NCBI RefSeq assembly: GCF_944387805.1
Contig: NZ_CALXGI010000004.1
Span: 20,793-84,792 of the forward strand
Direction: 5' to 3'
DNA length: 64,000 nucleotides
Source of the DNA: an uncultured Pseudoflavonifractor sp.
Lineage (GTDB): Bacteria > Bacillota > Clostridia > Oscillospirales > Oscillospiraceae
The position numbers and the translations under genes were made by a program. The notes below the pieces were generated by a model. It made no database searches and had not been told where the DNA came from. It was given only the letters and a program-made list of their open reading frames with translations. How positions within the stretch are numbered: position 1 is the first letter of the stretch; each line of letters begins with the position of its first letter. Of this stretch, positions 46,959 to 56,838 are shown piece by piece.

Positions 46959-47725
46959 GAAAACCAAAGCATGAAATCCAGGGCGCCGGCTGTGCAGGCG
47001 CCTGCTGCCTCCGGGTGGAGCACCTGGGGGTGGACATGGGGGGAGCGGACATCCTTCGGGACGTGAGCTTCCACCTCCACTGCGGCCAGATTGTGGCCCT
47101 CATCGGCCCCAACGGCGCGGGAAAGAGCTCCCTGTTCAAGGCGGTGCTGGGCCAGATTCCCCACAGCGGCACCATCGAGTTTCAGAAGGCGGGGGGAAAG
47201 CACACCCGACCCCTTATCGGCTACGTGCCCCAGTCCCCCGCCTTTGACCGGGGGGACCCGGTGAGCGTGTTCGACTTCTTCTCTGCCGCCATCTCCTCCT
47301 GGCCGGTGTTTCTGCCCACGCCCAAAAGCCTGCGCAGGCGGGTGCTCTCCTGCCTGGAGCGGGTCCACGGGGCCGACCTTATCGACAAGCGCATGGGCGC
47401 CCTGTCGGGCGGCGAGCTCCAGCGTGTGCTCATGGCCATGGCTCTGGAGCCCCTGCCACACATCCTGATTCTGGATGAGCCCCTCTCCGGCGTGGACATC
47501 GACGGCGAGCGGCAGCTGCTGGACATGCTGGACGAGATCTGCAATCAGTACGACCTGTCCATTCTGCTGTCCACCCACGACTTCGCCACCCTGGAGGAGT
47601 ACGCCGACCAGGTGATTCTCCTCAAGTCCACGGTGCTGAAGGTGGGCGCCCCCGGAGAGGTCCTCTCCTCCGATGAGTTCAAATCCGTGTTTCACCTGGA
47701 CCTGGGAAAGGGGGCGGGGACGTAA
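46955..47725 (+). CDS. Metal ABC ATP-binding protein
   Basis: GPNGAGKSS, GYVPQ, LSGGELQRV. Confidence 0.93.
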   Translation: MRKPKHEIQGAGCAGACCLRVEHLGVDMGGADILRDVSFHLHCGQIVALIGPNGAGKSSLFKAVLGQIPHSGTIEFQKAGGKHTRPLIGYVPQSPAFDRGDPVSVFDFFSAAISSWPVFLPTPKSLRRRVLSCLERVHGADLIDKRMGALSGGELQRVLMAMALEPLPHILILDEPLSGVDIDGERQLLDMLDEICNQYDLSILLSTHDFATLEEYADQVILLKSTVLKVGAPGEVLSSDEFKSVFHLDLGKGAGT

Positions 47726-48573
47726 TGGAGCTGTGGTATCAGATTGTGTCCGTCCTGCCCTTTGACTGGGCCGGGCCCGACGGGCTCTACTTCATGAAGA
47801 ACGCCCTGCTGGCGGTGCTGGTCATCTCGCCCCTGTTCGGACTGCTGTCCACCATGGTGGTCACCAACCGGATGTCCTTCTTCTCCGACGCCCTGGGCCA
47901 CTCCGCCTTTACCGGCATGGCCATCGGCGCCATCTTCGGCTTTGTGGACCCCATGTGGTGCGCGGTGGTCTTTGCCATCGCCTTCTCCCTGCTCTTCACT
48001 CTGGTGCGCCACCGGACCCACATGGCCAGCGACACGGTTATCGGCGTCTTTTCCTCCACGGCGGTGGCCCTGGGCATCTTCCTGGCCACCCTGGGGGGCA
48101 AGAGCTTTACCAAGTTCAACAACCTGCTTATCGGCGACATTCTCAGCGTGGAGCCGGGCAAGATTGGCCTGCTGGCTCTGATTTTGCTGCTGGTGATTGT
48201 GCTGTGGCTGATGTCCTTCAACCAGCTGATGCTCTCCTCCATCCATCCCGCTCTGGCGGACAGCCGGGGCATCAGGGTGTTCTGGCAGGAGGCGGTGTTC
48301 TCCGCGGCCATTGCCGTGGTGGTCACCGTGTCCATGACCTGGGTGGGCCTGCTGGTCATCAACTCCCTGCTGGTGCTCCCCGCCGCAGCGGCCCGGAACC
48401 TGGCCCGCAATATGCGGCAGTACCACCTGTTTTCCATCCTGGGGGCCATTGTGGCCGGCATCGCCGGGCTGATGACCTCCTACTATGCGGGCACCTCTGC
48501 CGGCGCGTCCATTACGCTGTATCTGGCGGCCTTCTTTGCCGTCACCTTCCTGCTGCGGGGCCGCCGGGCCTGA
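47725..48573 (+). CDS. Metal ABC permease (ABC-3)
   Basis: SFFSDALGHSAFTG, VGLLVINSLLVLPAAAA. Confidence 0.93.
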   Translation: MELWYQIVSVLPFDWAGPDGLYFMKNALLAVLVISPLFGLLSTMVVTNRMSFFSDALGHSAFTGMAIGAIFGFVDPMWCAVVFAIAFSLLFTLVRHRTHMASDTVIGVFSSTAVALGIFLATLGGKSFTKFNNLLIGDILSVEPGKIGLLALILLLVIVLWLMSFNQLMLSSIHPALADSRGIRVFWQEAVFSAAIAVVVTVSMTWVGLLVINSLLVLPAAAARNLARNMRQYHLFSILGAIVAGIAGLMTSYYAGTSAGASITLYLAAFFAVTFLLRGRRA

Positions 48574-48606
48574 CATCACCGCCGGAGACGAGAGGAGGCG
48601 GAGGAC

Positions 48607-50097
48607 TTGAACCGAAAAAAGGAAAAGCACCCTGAGCGTTCCGCGCCCCGGAAGGTCCACCTCTGGAGCTCCCTCCAGACAAAATTTGCCCTGACCTATA
48701 TTGCAGTCATCGCGTCGGTGCTGGTGCTGCTCAATACCTATCCTCTCCTGGCCTCACGGGAACTGGTGGAGACCTCCAAGCAGACCGCCCTCCAGAGCCA
48801 GGCATCCCTGATTTCGTCCGCCCTGTCCAGCCTGCGGACCATGACCTATGACGGCGCAGACGGCGTCTTTCAGGAGCTGCGGCTTCAGGACAACGTGGAC
48901 CTGGCCCGCATCCGCATTCTGGTGACCGACGCCTCGGGCATGATTATCTATGACACCGGGGACACCGGCGCCACCATCGGCCGGTACGCCCTGATAGGCG
49001 AGGTGGTCACGGCCCTCAAGGGCCAGGGCTACGACGTGTTCACCTGCCAGTACCGGGACGGCGTGTTCCGCAACCGGGCGGCCGCGCCGGTGGTCTACCG
49101 GGGGTCCATCATCGGCGCGGTGTGCCTTTATGAGTACGATGCCGACCAGGGGGCTCTGCTCTCCGGCGTCCAGCGGAATCTGGGCAGAATCTCGGCGGTC
49201 ATCTGCCTGGTGGCCCTGCTGCTGAGTGTGGTGTTCTCCCGGGCGCTCACCCGGCGGATGGGCACCCTGCTCAAGGCCATCCGCATTGTGCGGGAGGGCG
49301 AGTACAGCCACCGGGTCCAGCTGGGGGGCCACGACGAGCTGGCCCTGCTGGCAGACGAGTTCGACCAGCTCACCGGCCGCCTCCAGACCACCGAGGAGGT
49401 GCGGCGCCGCTTCGTGTCCGACGCCTCCCACGAGCTGAAAACCCCGCTGGCCTCCATCCGCCTGCTCACCGACTCCATTCTCCAGTCCGACCACATCGAC
49501 CCGGAGACCAGCAAGGAGTTTGTCAGCGACATCGGCGAGGAGGCCGAGCGGCTCACCCGTATCACCGAAAAGCTCCTCACCCTCACCCGCATGGACAACG
49601 CCGCCCCGGTCCACACCGAGCCGGTGGACGTGAAGTACGTGGTGGAGAAGGTGGAGCATATGCTCTCCCCCCTGGCCAAGGCGGTGGACGTGGCTCTGCT
49701 CTGCCAGCTGGATGAGGGCTGTTTTGTCCGGGCCACCCAGGACGATATCTATCAGATTGCCTTTAACCTGATGGAAAACGCCATCAAGTACAATCTGCCC
49801 CAGGGTACCGTGACCGTGAAGCTGTTTGTCCGGGGCGGAAGTGTAATGCTCCGGGTGGAGGACACCGGCGTAGGCATCCCGAAGGAGGATCTGCCCAAGG
49901 TGTTCGACCGGTTTTACCGGGTGGACAAGGCCCGCTCCCGAGAGGCGGGCGGCACCGGCCTGGGGCTGTCCATCGTGCGGGACACCGCCCGGCAGCACGG
50001 CGGCAGCGTCACCGTCCGCCGCCGCGACCCGGACCCGGGCACCTGCTTTGAGGTTGTGTTTCCGCTCTGCGGGCCGGAAGGGGGGAGCAAGCTGTGA
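48607..50097 (+). CDS. Membrane sensor histidine kinase (HAMP-HisKA-HATPase), no adjacent response regulator
   Basis: SDASHELKTPL, NLMENAIKY, DTGVGI, GGTGLGLSI. Confidence 0.93.
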   Translation: MNRKKEKHPERSAPRKVHLWSSLQTKFALTYIAVIASVLVLLNTYPLLASRELVETSKQTALQSQASLISSALSSLRTMTYDGADGVFQELRLQDNVDLARIRILVTDASGMIIYDTGDTGATIGRYALIGEVVTALKGQGYDVFTCQYRDGVFRNRAAAPVVYRGSIIGAVCLYEYDADQGALLSGVQRNLGRISAVICLVALLLSVVFSRALTRRMGTLLKAIRIVREGEYSHRVQLGGHDELALLADEFDQLTGRLQTTEEVRRRFVSDASHELKTPLASIRLLTDSILQSDHIDPETSKEFVSDIGEEAERLTRITEKLLTLTRMDNAAPVHTEPVDVKYVVEKVEHMLSPLAKAVDVALLCQLDEGCFVRATQDDIYQIAFNLMENAIKYNLPQGTVTVKLFVRGGSVMLRVEDTGVGIPKEDLPKVFDRFYRVDKARSREAGGTGLGLSIVRDTARQHGGSVTVRRRDPDPGTCFEVVFPLCGPEGGSKL

Positions 50098-51038
50098 GAC
50101 GGTGTGATTTGCGCCAATACCGGAGCGGCGGACTGCTGCTGGTTCTGACCGGGCTGCTGCTCCTCTCTGCCTGCGCCCTGCTGGAGGGCGGCGAGGAATC
50201 GCCTCCCGAGGGCGCCTATCGGGTCTACTACGCGGTGACCGGGGAGCAGTCCACGGTGCAGGTGGTGGACTGGGAGTACCGCATCCCCTCCGGCGAGGAC
50301 ACCGCCTCCGCCCTGGCGGAGCTGGTGCTCTCCCAGCCTGAGACGGCCGGGCTGGCCTCGCCCGCGCCCTCCGGTACCCGGCTGCTCTCCTGCCAGCAGG
50401 AGGAGGGACAGCTGCGGCTGGACCTGTCCGAGCAGTACGGCGGCCTGTCCGGCGTGGATTTGACCGTGGCCAATTCCTGCCTCACCCTCACCCTCTGCCA
50501 GCTGGAGGGGGTGGAAGAGGTATACATCACCGTGGAGGGGGAGCCCCTGCCCTACCAGACCATGCGCACCATGGGGAAGGACGACGTGCTGCTGCCCGGG
50601 ACGGGGAAGGGGACGCTTACCGTATCGGTGGGCCTGTGCTTCCCCAGGGCTGAAGGCGGCGGCCTGGGCGTGGAGTACCGGGACGTGGTGCAGAACGAGA
50701 GTGAGACCCTGGCCAGCGCGGTGTTCACCGCCCTGCTGGAGGGGCCCGGCTATCCGGAGCTGACCAGTCTGATGCCCGAGGGCACCAAGCTGCGGAGCAT
50801 TCTGGTGGAGGGCGGTGTGTGCACGGTGAACCTGTCGCCCGAGTTCCTGGCCGGCGTGCCGGAGGAGGAGCAGGCGGCCCGGCTGCTGCTGTACTCCATT
50901 GTCAACACCCTGTGCATGCAGGAGGAGCTGTCCATTGACGCGGTGCAGCTTCTCTCCGAAGGCCGGAGTGTGGAGTCCATTGGCGGTGTGCCCGCCTCCG
51001 TGCCCCTGGAGCCGGACTGGACGCTGCTGGAGTCTTGA
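50094..51038 (+). CDS. GerMN-domain lipoprotein (two GerMN repeats)
   Basis: Lipobox LLSAC; two LxSxxPxGTxL...VNLSxEF...SIVNTL repeats. Confidence 0.85.
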   Translation: MRRCDLRQYRSGGLLLVLTGLLLLSACALLEGGEESPPEGAYRVYYAVTGEQSTVQVVDWEYRIPSGEDTASALAELVLSQPETAGLASPAPSGTRLLSCQQEEGQLRLDLSEQYGGLSGVDLTVANSCLTLTLCQLEGVEEVYITVEGEPLPYQTMRTMGKDDVLLPGTGKGTLTVSVGLCFPRAEGGGLGVEYRDVVQNESETLASAVFTALLEGPGYPELTSLMPEGTKLRSILVEGGVCTVNLSPEFLAGVPEEEQAARLLLYSIVNTLCMQEELSIDAVQLLSEGRSVESIGGVPASVPLEPDWTLLES

Positions 51039-51155
51039 CAGCGTCCCACCTGGCGTGTAGGATATTACTTGCCATAAAAAGAGAAATTTGACCAGTTCAG
51101 GGCCTGGGACCAGGCCTGCCGCCGGACAGACGGCTTACCCAAGAAAAAGGAGAGC

Positions 51156-52445
51156 ATGACCATGAGTGACTACCGTATGAGCACCAACTGCATCCACGCC
51201 GGCTACCGCCCCGGAAACGGGGAGCCCCGGAATATTCCCATTGTCCAGTCCACCACCTTCCGGTACGCTACCGGCGAGCAGATGGGCGCCCTCTTTGACC
51301 TGGAGGCCAGCGGCTATTTCTACACCCGCCTCCAGAACCCCACCAATGACCACGTGGCGGCCAAAATCTGCGCCCTGGAGGGCGGCACGGCGGCCATGCT
51401 CACCTCCTCCGGCCAGGCGGCCAACTTCTATGCCGTGTTCAACATCGCCTCCTGCGGCGACCATGTGGTGGCCTCCTCCGCCATCTACGGCGGCACCTTC
51501 AACCTCTTCGCCGTCACCATGAAGCGGATGGGCATTGAGTTCACCTTTGTGGACCCGGACTGCTCTGAGGCTGAGCTGGAGGCCGCTTTCCGGCCCAACA
51601 CCAAGGCCGTGTTCGGCGAGACCATCGCCAACCCCGCCCTCACTGTGCTGGACATCGAGAAGTTCGCCAAGGCGGCCCACGCCCACGGCGTGCCCCTCAT
51701 CGTGGACAACACCTTCCCCACCCCTGTGAACTGCCGTCCCTTCGAGTGGGGCGCTGATATCGTCACCCACTCCACCACCAAGTACATGGACGGCCACGCC
51801 AACGCGGTGGGCGGCGCCATTGTGGACTCCGGCAAGTTCGACTGGAATGCCCACTCCGACAAGTTCCCCGGCCTGACCACCCCCGACGAGAGCTACCACG
51901 GCGTGACCTACACCGAGCGCTTCGGCCTGGCCGGCGCCTACATCACCAAGGCCACCGTCCAGCTCATGCGGGACCTGGGCTCCATCCCCTCTCCCCAGAA
52001 CTGCTACTACCTGAACATCGGCCTTGAGACCCTGCCTCTGCGGATGAAGCAGCACTGCTCCAACGCTCTGGCCGTGGCCCAGTATCTCCAGGGCCATGAG
52101 AAGGTGGCCTGGGTCAAGTACCCCGGTCTGGAGGGGGACCAGTACCACGCCATGGCCGCCAAGTACATGCCCAATGGCACCTGCGGCGTGGTGTCCTTCG
52201 GCGTGAAGGGCGGCCGTGCGGCAGCCTCCAAGTTCATGGCCGGGCTGGAACTGGCCTCCATTGCCACCCATGTGGCCGACGCCAAGACCTGCGTGCTCCA
52301 CCCCGCCTCCACCACCCACCGGCAGATGAACGATGCCGAGCTGGCCGCCGCCGGTGTGTCTCCCGACCTGGTGCGCCTGTCCGTGGGTATTGAGGACCCC
52401 GCCGACATCCTGGCCGACGTGAAGAAGGCCCTGGCCGGCGTGTAA
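51156..52445 (+). CDS. metY: O-acetylhomoserine aminocarboxypropyltransferase (sulfhydrylase)
   Basis: YTRLQNPT, IVDNT, HSTTKYMDGH (PLP lysine), HPASTTH, VRLSVGIE. Confidence 0.9.
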   Translation: MTMSDYRMSTNCIHAGYRPGNGEPRNIPIVQSTTFRYATGEQMGALFDLEASGYFYTRLQNPTNDHVAAKICALEGGTAAMLTSSGQAANFYAVFNIASCGDHVVASSAIYGGTFNLFAVTMKRMGIEFTFVDPDCSEAELEAAFRPNTKAVFGETIANPALTVLDIEKFAKAAHAHGVPLIVDNTFPTPVNCRPFEWGADIVTHSTTKYMDGHANAVGGAIVDSGKFDWNAHSDKFPGLTTPDESYHGVTYTERFGLAGAYITKATVQLMRDLGSIPSPQNCYYLNIGLETLPLRMKQHCSNALAVAQYLQGHEKVAWVKYPGLEGDQYHAMAAKYMPNGTCGVVSFGVKGGRAAASKFMAGLELASIATHVADAKTCVLHPASTTHRQMNDAELAAAGVSPDLVRLSVGIEDPADILADVKKALAGV

Positions 52446-52544
52446 GACAAAGTCTGCAAAGAGAAGCCGCCCCAGCGGAACCGGATTGTCCGGACCCGCT
52501 GGGGCGGTTCTATTGCGGCCTGAAAAAAGGGCATTGCTGTTTTA

Positions 52545-52782
52545 TCACTTGGCGCAGTCGTTAATGAGGCAGCCGGCCGGCACGATATCCCGTACGCCCC
52601 GCAGGACAGGTCCTGCGGGGCGCCCCGGGCGAGATTGGATTTGCACGGGCGGAGTAAATCCGCCCGGCATCAAGGTTTTTCCGCAGGAAAAACGCTTGGG
52701 ACGCCGCAGGGGCGGCGGCGAGGAGCGGGATCTCTTACTTGGCGTAGTAGTTGATGAGACAGCCGGCCAGCACGATATCCCG
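52545..52782. repeat. 48-bp degenerate direct repeat of the hydratase 3' end flanking a ~140-bp hairpin-rich spacer
   Basis: 52545-52592 vs 52735-52782: 42/48 identical by manual alignment. Confidence 0.8.
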
Positions 52783-54984
52783 CTCCTCGCGGGTCATGCC
52801 GGGCAGGCGGAGGGTGACGGTGCGCTCCTGGCCGTTCTGGATGAGGGTGGCTTCCACGGTCTCGTCCATGGACTCCAGCGCCTTCCGGATGCCGGGCAGC
52901 CACAGCTGGTCCCCGGGCTGGATGTTCCAGTCCTTCACGCCGTCGGCCACAAAGGGCAGCATACCCCAGTTGACCACATTGGAGCGGTAGCGCTTGGTGG
53001 CGTACTCAGCGGCCAGGTTGGCGCAGCCGCCCAGCACACGCTGGCAGGAGGCGGCCTGCTCACGGGCGGAGCCGTCGCCGGGCTTGAGGGCCATGACAAA
53101 GGTGCCCAGGCCGGTGGTGCGGCCGTCCCGACCGCCCAGGGCCTCCACAACGGCGGGGTTCTCCGGGTCCTTGCGCCGCAGCAGCTCTACCTCCTGGACC
53201 GCCTTGGCGCGGGGAACGTACTGGGGGTCCTTGCGGCTCAGAGCGAACTGGGAGAGCTTGATGGGGTTGGAGCGGTAGGAGGAGGTCTCGCCGGAGGGGA
53301 TGAGCTCGTCGGTGGTGGTCACCGGATCGTAGATGGCGGCAGCGGCGGTGAGGAGCAGATTCTCCGGCATGGGGATCTGCTCGGGCCAGTCGGCGATGTT
53401 GGGGCCAAAGACCAGCTCGGTCTCGGGGTGGGGGTGGCCCACGCCGAAGTACACCCGGGCCTTATAGGCCGAGTCGTCGTAGTGATAGGGCTCGTTGGCG
53501 GCGTCGGCAGGGACGTCGGGCAGCTCGGTGGCGGCGGTGAGCACGCCGCCGTTGAGGGCGGTGGCCGCGATGGAGCGGGCGTCCATCAGGGCCACATAGG
53601 CCACCTGGCCGTCTGCGGGCTTGGAGCCCTCCCGGTTGGGGAAGTTGCGGGTAGAGTGGCGGATGGAGAAGGCGCCATTGGCGGGCACGTCGCCCGCGCC
53701 GAAGCAGGGGCCGCAGAAGCAGGAGCGGATGGACGCACCGGCGGCCATCAGGTCGGCAATGTAACCCTGCTTGGTCAGCTCCAGGTTGATGGGCATGGAG
53801 CCGGGGTAGCAGGAGAGCCAGAAGGCATCGGAGCCGATGGTGTGACCCTTGAGGATCTGGGCGGCCCGGACCAGGTTCTGATAGGTGCCGCCGGAGCAGC
53901 CGGCGATGACGCCCTGGTCCACGTGGAACTGGCCGTTCTGAATCTTCTTGGTAAGGGAGGGAGCGCCGTTCTTCAGCTCCAGTTGGCGCACCGCGTCCTC
54001 CTCAACCTGGTGGAGCAGGTCGGCCATGTTGGACTTGAACTCCCGGATGGTGAAGGCGTTGGAGGGGTGGAAGGGCAGGGCGATCATGGGCTCCACGGCA
54101 GACAGATCCACTTCGATGAGGCCGTCGTACCAGGCGCCGTCGGCGGGGGCCTGGGCCTGGTAGGAGTCGCCCCGGCCCAGCACGGCCAGGTGCTCCTTCA
54201 CGGTGTCGTCGGTGCTCCACACGGAGGACAGGCAGGCGGTCTCGGTGGTCATCACGTCGATGCCGGAGCGGTAGTCCATGGACAGATTCTTCACGCCGGG
54301 GCCGAAGAACTCCATCACCGCGTTCTTCACCGCGCCAATCTTGAAGGTGGCGCCGATAAGGGCCAGGGCCACGTCCTGAGGACCCACGCCGGGGCGGGGC
54401 GCGCCGGTGAGGTGGATGGCGATGACCTTGGGGTAGGCGATGTCGTAGGTCTTGCACAGCAGCTGGCGGGCCAGCTCAGGGCCGCCCTCACCGATGGCCA
54501 TGCAGCCGTAGGCGCCGTAGCGGGTGTGGGAGTCGGAGCCCAGAATCATCCGGCCGGGGGCGGCGTACCGCTCCCGCATGTAGGAGTGGATGACGGCCTG
54601 GTGGGCGGGGACGAACTCGCCGCCGTACTTCTTGGCGGCGGAGAGACCAAACACGTGGTCATCCTCGTTGATGGTGCCGCCCACGGCGCACAGGGAGTTG
54701 TGGCAGTTGGTGAGCACATAGGGCAGGGGGAACTCTTTCATGCCCGAGGCACGGGCGGTCTGGATGATGCCCACGTAGGTAATATCATGGGAGGCCATGG
54801 CGTCGAATTTCAGCTTCAGCTCAGCCATGTTGCCGGCGGTGTTGTGGGCCTTGAGGATGCTGTAAGCCATGGTGCCGGACTTGGCCAGCTGGGGCGCAGG
54901 CAGACCTGCGGCCGCACCCTCGGCCTCAGAGAGGAAGCCGCCGTCCCGATAGTAGACGCCGGAGAGAGTCATTTTGATGCTCAT
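52735..54984 (-). CDS. Aconitase-family hydratase (YbhJ-like)
   Basis: [64 protein letters not shown]. Confidence 0.9.
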   Translation of the reverse strand: MSIKMTLSGVYYRDGGFLSEAEGAAAGLPAPQLAKSGTMAYSILKAHNTAGNMAELKLKFDAMASHDITYVGIIQTARASGMKEFPLPYVLTNCHNSLCAVGGTINEDDHVFGLSAAKKYGGEFVPAHQAVIHSYMRERYAAPGRMILGSDSHTRYGAYGCMAIGEGGPELARQLLCKTYDIAYPKVIAIHLTGAPRPGVGPQDVALALIGATFKIGAVKNAVMEFFGPGVKNLSMDYRSGIDVMTTETACLSSVWSTDDTVKEHLAVLGRGDSYQAQAPADGAWYDGLIEVDLSAVEPMIALPFHPSNAFTIREFKSNMADLLHQVEEDAVRQLELKNGAPSLTKKIQNGQFHVDQGVIAGCSGGTYQNLVRAAQILKGHTIGSDAFWLSCYPGSMPINLELTKQGYIADLMAAGASIRSCFCGPCFGAGDVPANGAFSIRHSTRNFPNREGSKPADGQVAYVALMDARSIAATALNGGVLTAATELPDVPADAANEPYHYDDSAYKARVYFGVGHPHPETELVFGPNIADWPEQIPMPENLLLTAAAAIYDPVTTTDELIPSGETSSYRSNPIKLSQFALSRKDPQYVPRAKAVQEVELLRRKDPENPAVVEALGGRDGRTTGLGTFVMALKPGDGSAREQAASCQRVLGGCANLAAEYATKRYRSNVVNWGMLPFVADGVKDWNIQPGDQLWLPGIRKALESMDETVEATLIQNGQERTVTLRLPGMTREERDIVLAGCLINYYAK

Positions 54985-55202
54985 GGACGTACCTCCAATA
55001 TCTTGTGGATTTTGAAATCATTTTGCGCTCGGGGAACCGAGACCTTGTGGGACATCAGTTCGCTGATTTGATAAATATTATCATACCAAAGCGGCGGGGA
55101 AAGTGCAAGCGGAAGGGGTGGGAAAATGCAGATTTCCCATTACACCGCCGGGACGCATAAAAAATTGTAAAAATTTATGTTAACCTTTTTGGCCCAAATC
55201 CA

Positions 55203-55231
55203 TTGACGGAGAGAGGGGGATTCGGTAGAAT
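55203..55231 (+). promoter_or_regulatory. SigA promoter TTGACG-N17-TAGAAT for the amidase gene
   Basis: Consensus-like hexamers with a 17-nt spacer. Confidence 0.6.
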
Positions 55232-55302
55232 ATTAGGGAACGTTTGCCGGGGCGGCTGAGGCCCCGTGAGTGAGGCTTACAAAGGATAAAAGGAGTTCCC
55301 CC

Positions 55303-56787
55303 ATGAGACAGACAAAGAGAGCGGCTGTATTTCTGCTGATGCTGGCCCTGCTGGTGTCCTTCCTGCCGGTGCAGGCGGCGGGACCCAACGGGCTGCTGAA
55401 TATTGAGGTACATAACGAAGCCACAGGGCGCTACGAACCCCAGCAGGCGGAAAAGATAAACATCAGCCTGGACGGGACGGTTCTCGACCTGACAGGAGAT
55501 GTGCCCGGCCTGGCGCTGGGCAGTCGCACCATGGTGCCCATCCGCACAGTGGCCGAGGCGCTGGGCGCAACGGTGCTTTGGCCCCAGGGCAGCAACCAGG
55601 TGATTCTCCGCAAGGGGACGGACACCATTGTCCTCACTCTGGGCGCGGCTAATGCGGTGGTCAACGGCCAGGTGGCGCCTCTGCCTGACGGCGTGCCCGC
55701 CTGCGTGGTGAAGTGCCAGGGCGTGGAGCGGACCATGGTGCCGCTGCGGTTTGTGTCCGAACGGCTGGGGGCCCAGGTGGACTGGGAACAGGAGACCTTT
55801 ACCGCCAAAATCGTCAGCGGGGAGAATGATGCAGCCTACATCACCCGCATCCAGGCCAACTACGATATGCAGACCGTGTTTATCGGAATGGACCAGAAGC
55901 TGGAGTACCGCATCACAGACAGCGGCAACAGGGTGACGCTGGACATTCTGGGCGCGGAGCTGTCGGCGGGCTTCCCCGGCACCATTGCAGTGGACAACGA
56001 CTTTATTGATACAGTCCGCTACGCTCAGCATGGGACGGATCTGTATGATGGCTATGACCATGTAGTCCGGGTGGAGCTGATTCTGGCCGACGGAGTCAGC
56101 CGGGAGAAGAACCTGACTGTAGAGCAGCAGGACGACGGCATCCTCATCACCGCATTCCGGGCCCCGGAGGACGAGCCGGTTGTGCCGGATACCCCGGCGG
56201 AGAAGCCCACTGACCCGGTGAATCCCTCCAACCCCATCGATCCCGCCCGGCGGACCATTGTCATTGACCCGGGCCACGGCGGCACCAGCAGCGGCGCGGC
56301 GTACGAGGGCATCCTGGAGAAGGACCTGACCCTGCCCATCTCCCTGAAGCTGGAGGCTCTTCTGAAGGCGGCGGGGTACAACGTGGTGATGACCCGGTCC
56401 ACCGACGTCTATGTGGGCCTCTACGAGCGGGCGGATATCGCCAACAGCGTGGACGCGGATATCTTTGTCTCCATTCACGCCAACGCCTTTGACGACCCCT
56501 CGGTCAACGGCCTTATCACCTACTACCACCCCTCCAGCGGGCGGGGCAGGCGGCTGGCCCAGGCCATCCAGACGCCCGCCTGCCAGGCCACCGGCGCTAA
56601 GGACCGGAGCATTGCCTCGGCAGACTTTGTGGTCCTGCGGGAGACCGACATGTGCGCTGTGCTGGTGGAGACCGGCTTCATGACCAACCACGACGAGCTG
56701 ATGAAGCTCAACACCAGCTCCTATCAGGACAAGCTGGCCCAGGGCATTGCCCAGGGTATCATCAATTACCTGAACACGCTGGGGTGA
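55303..56787 (+). CDS. N-acetylmuramoyl-L-alanine amidase (Amidase_3) with N-terminal copper-amine-oxidase-like (stalk) domains
   Basis: Signal peptide; RTMVPIR/RTMVPLRFV repeats; IDPGHGG, LEKDLTL, SIHANA, VLVETGFMTN. Confidence 0.92.
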   Translation: MRQTKRAAVFLLMLALLVSFLPVQAAGPNGLLNIEVHNEATGRYEPQQAEKINISLDGTVLDLTGDVPGLALGSRTMVPIRTVAEALGATVLWPQGSNQVILRKGTDTIVLTLGAANAVVNGQVAPLPDGVPACVVKCQGVERTMVPLRFVSERLGAQVDWEQETFTAKIVSGENDAAYITRIQANYDMQTVFIGMDQKLEYRITDSGNRVTLDILGAELSAGFPGTIAVDNDFIDTVRYAQHGTDLYDGYDHVVRVELILADGVSREKNLTVEQQDDGILITAFRAPEDEPVVPDTPAEKPTDPVNPSNPIDPARRTIVIDPGHGGTSSGAAYEGILEKDLTLPISLKLEALLKAAGYNVVMTRSTDVYVGLYERADIANSVDADIFVSIHANAFDDPSVNGLITYYHPSSGRGRRLAQAIQTPACQATGAKDRSIASADFVVLRETDMCAVLVETGFMTNHDELMKLNTSSYQDKLAQGIAQGIINYLNTLG

Positions 56788-56794
56788 TATCATC

Positions 56795-56832
56795 AAAAAG
56801 CACCGCCGGACAGCTGTCCGGCGGTGCTTTTT
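56795..56832. terminator. Perfect 38-bp palindrome, bidirectional terminator
   Basis: AAAAAGCACCGCCGGACAG|CTGTCCGGCGGTGCTTTTT. Confidence 0.8.
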
Positions 56833-56838
56833 GTGCCG

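Noticed and set aside
55232-55302. c-di-AMP (ydaO) riboswitch upstream of the amidase
   Set aside because: The leader is only ~70 nt and lacks the conserved motifs.
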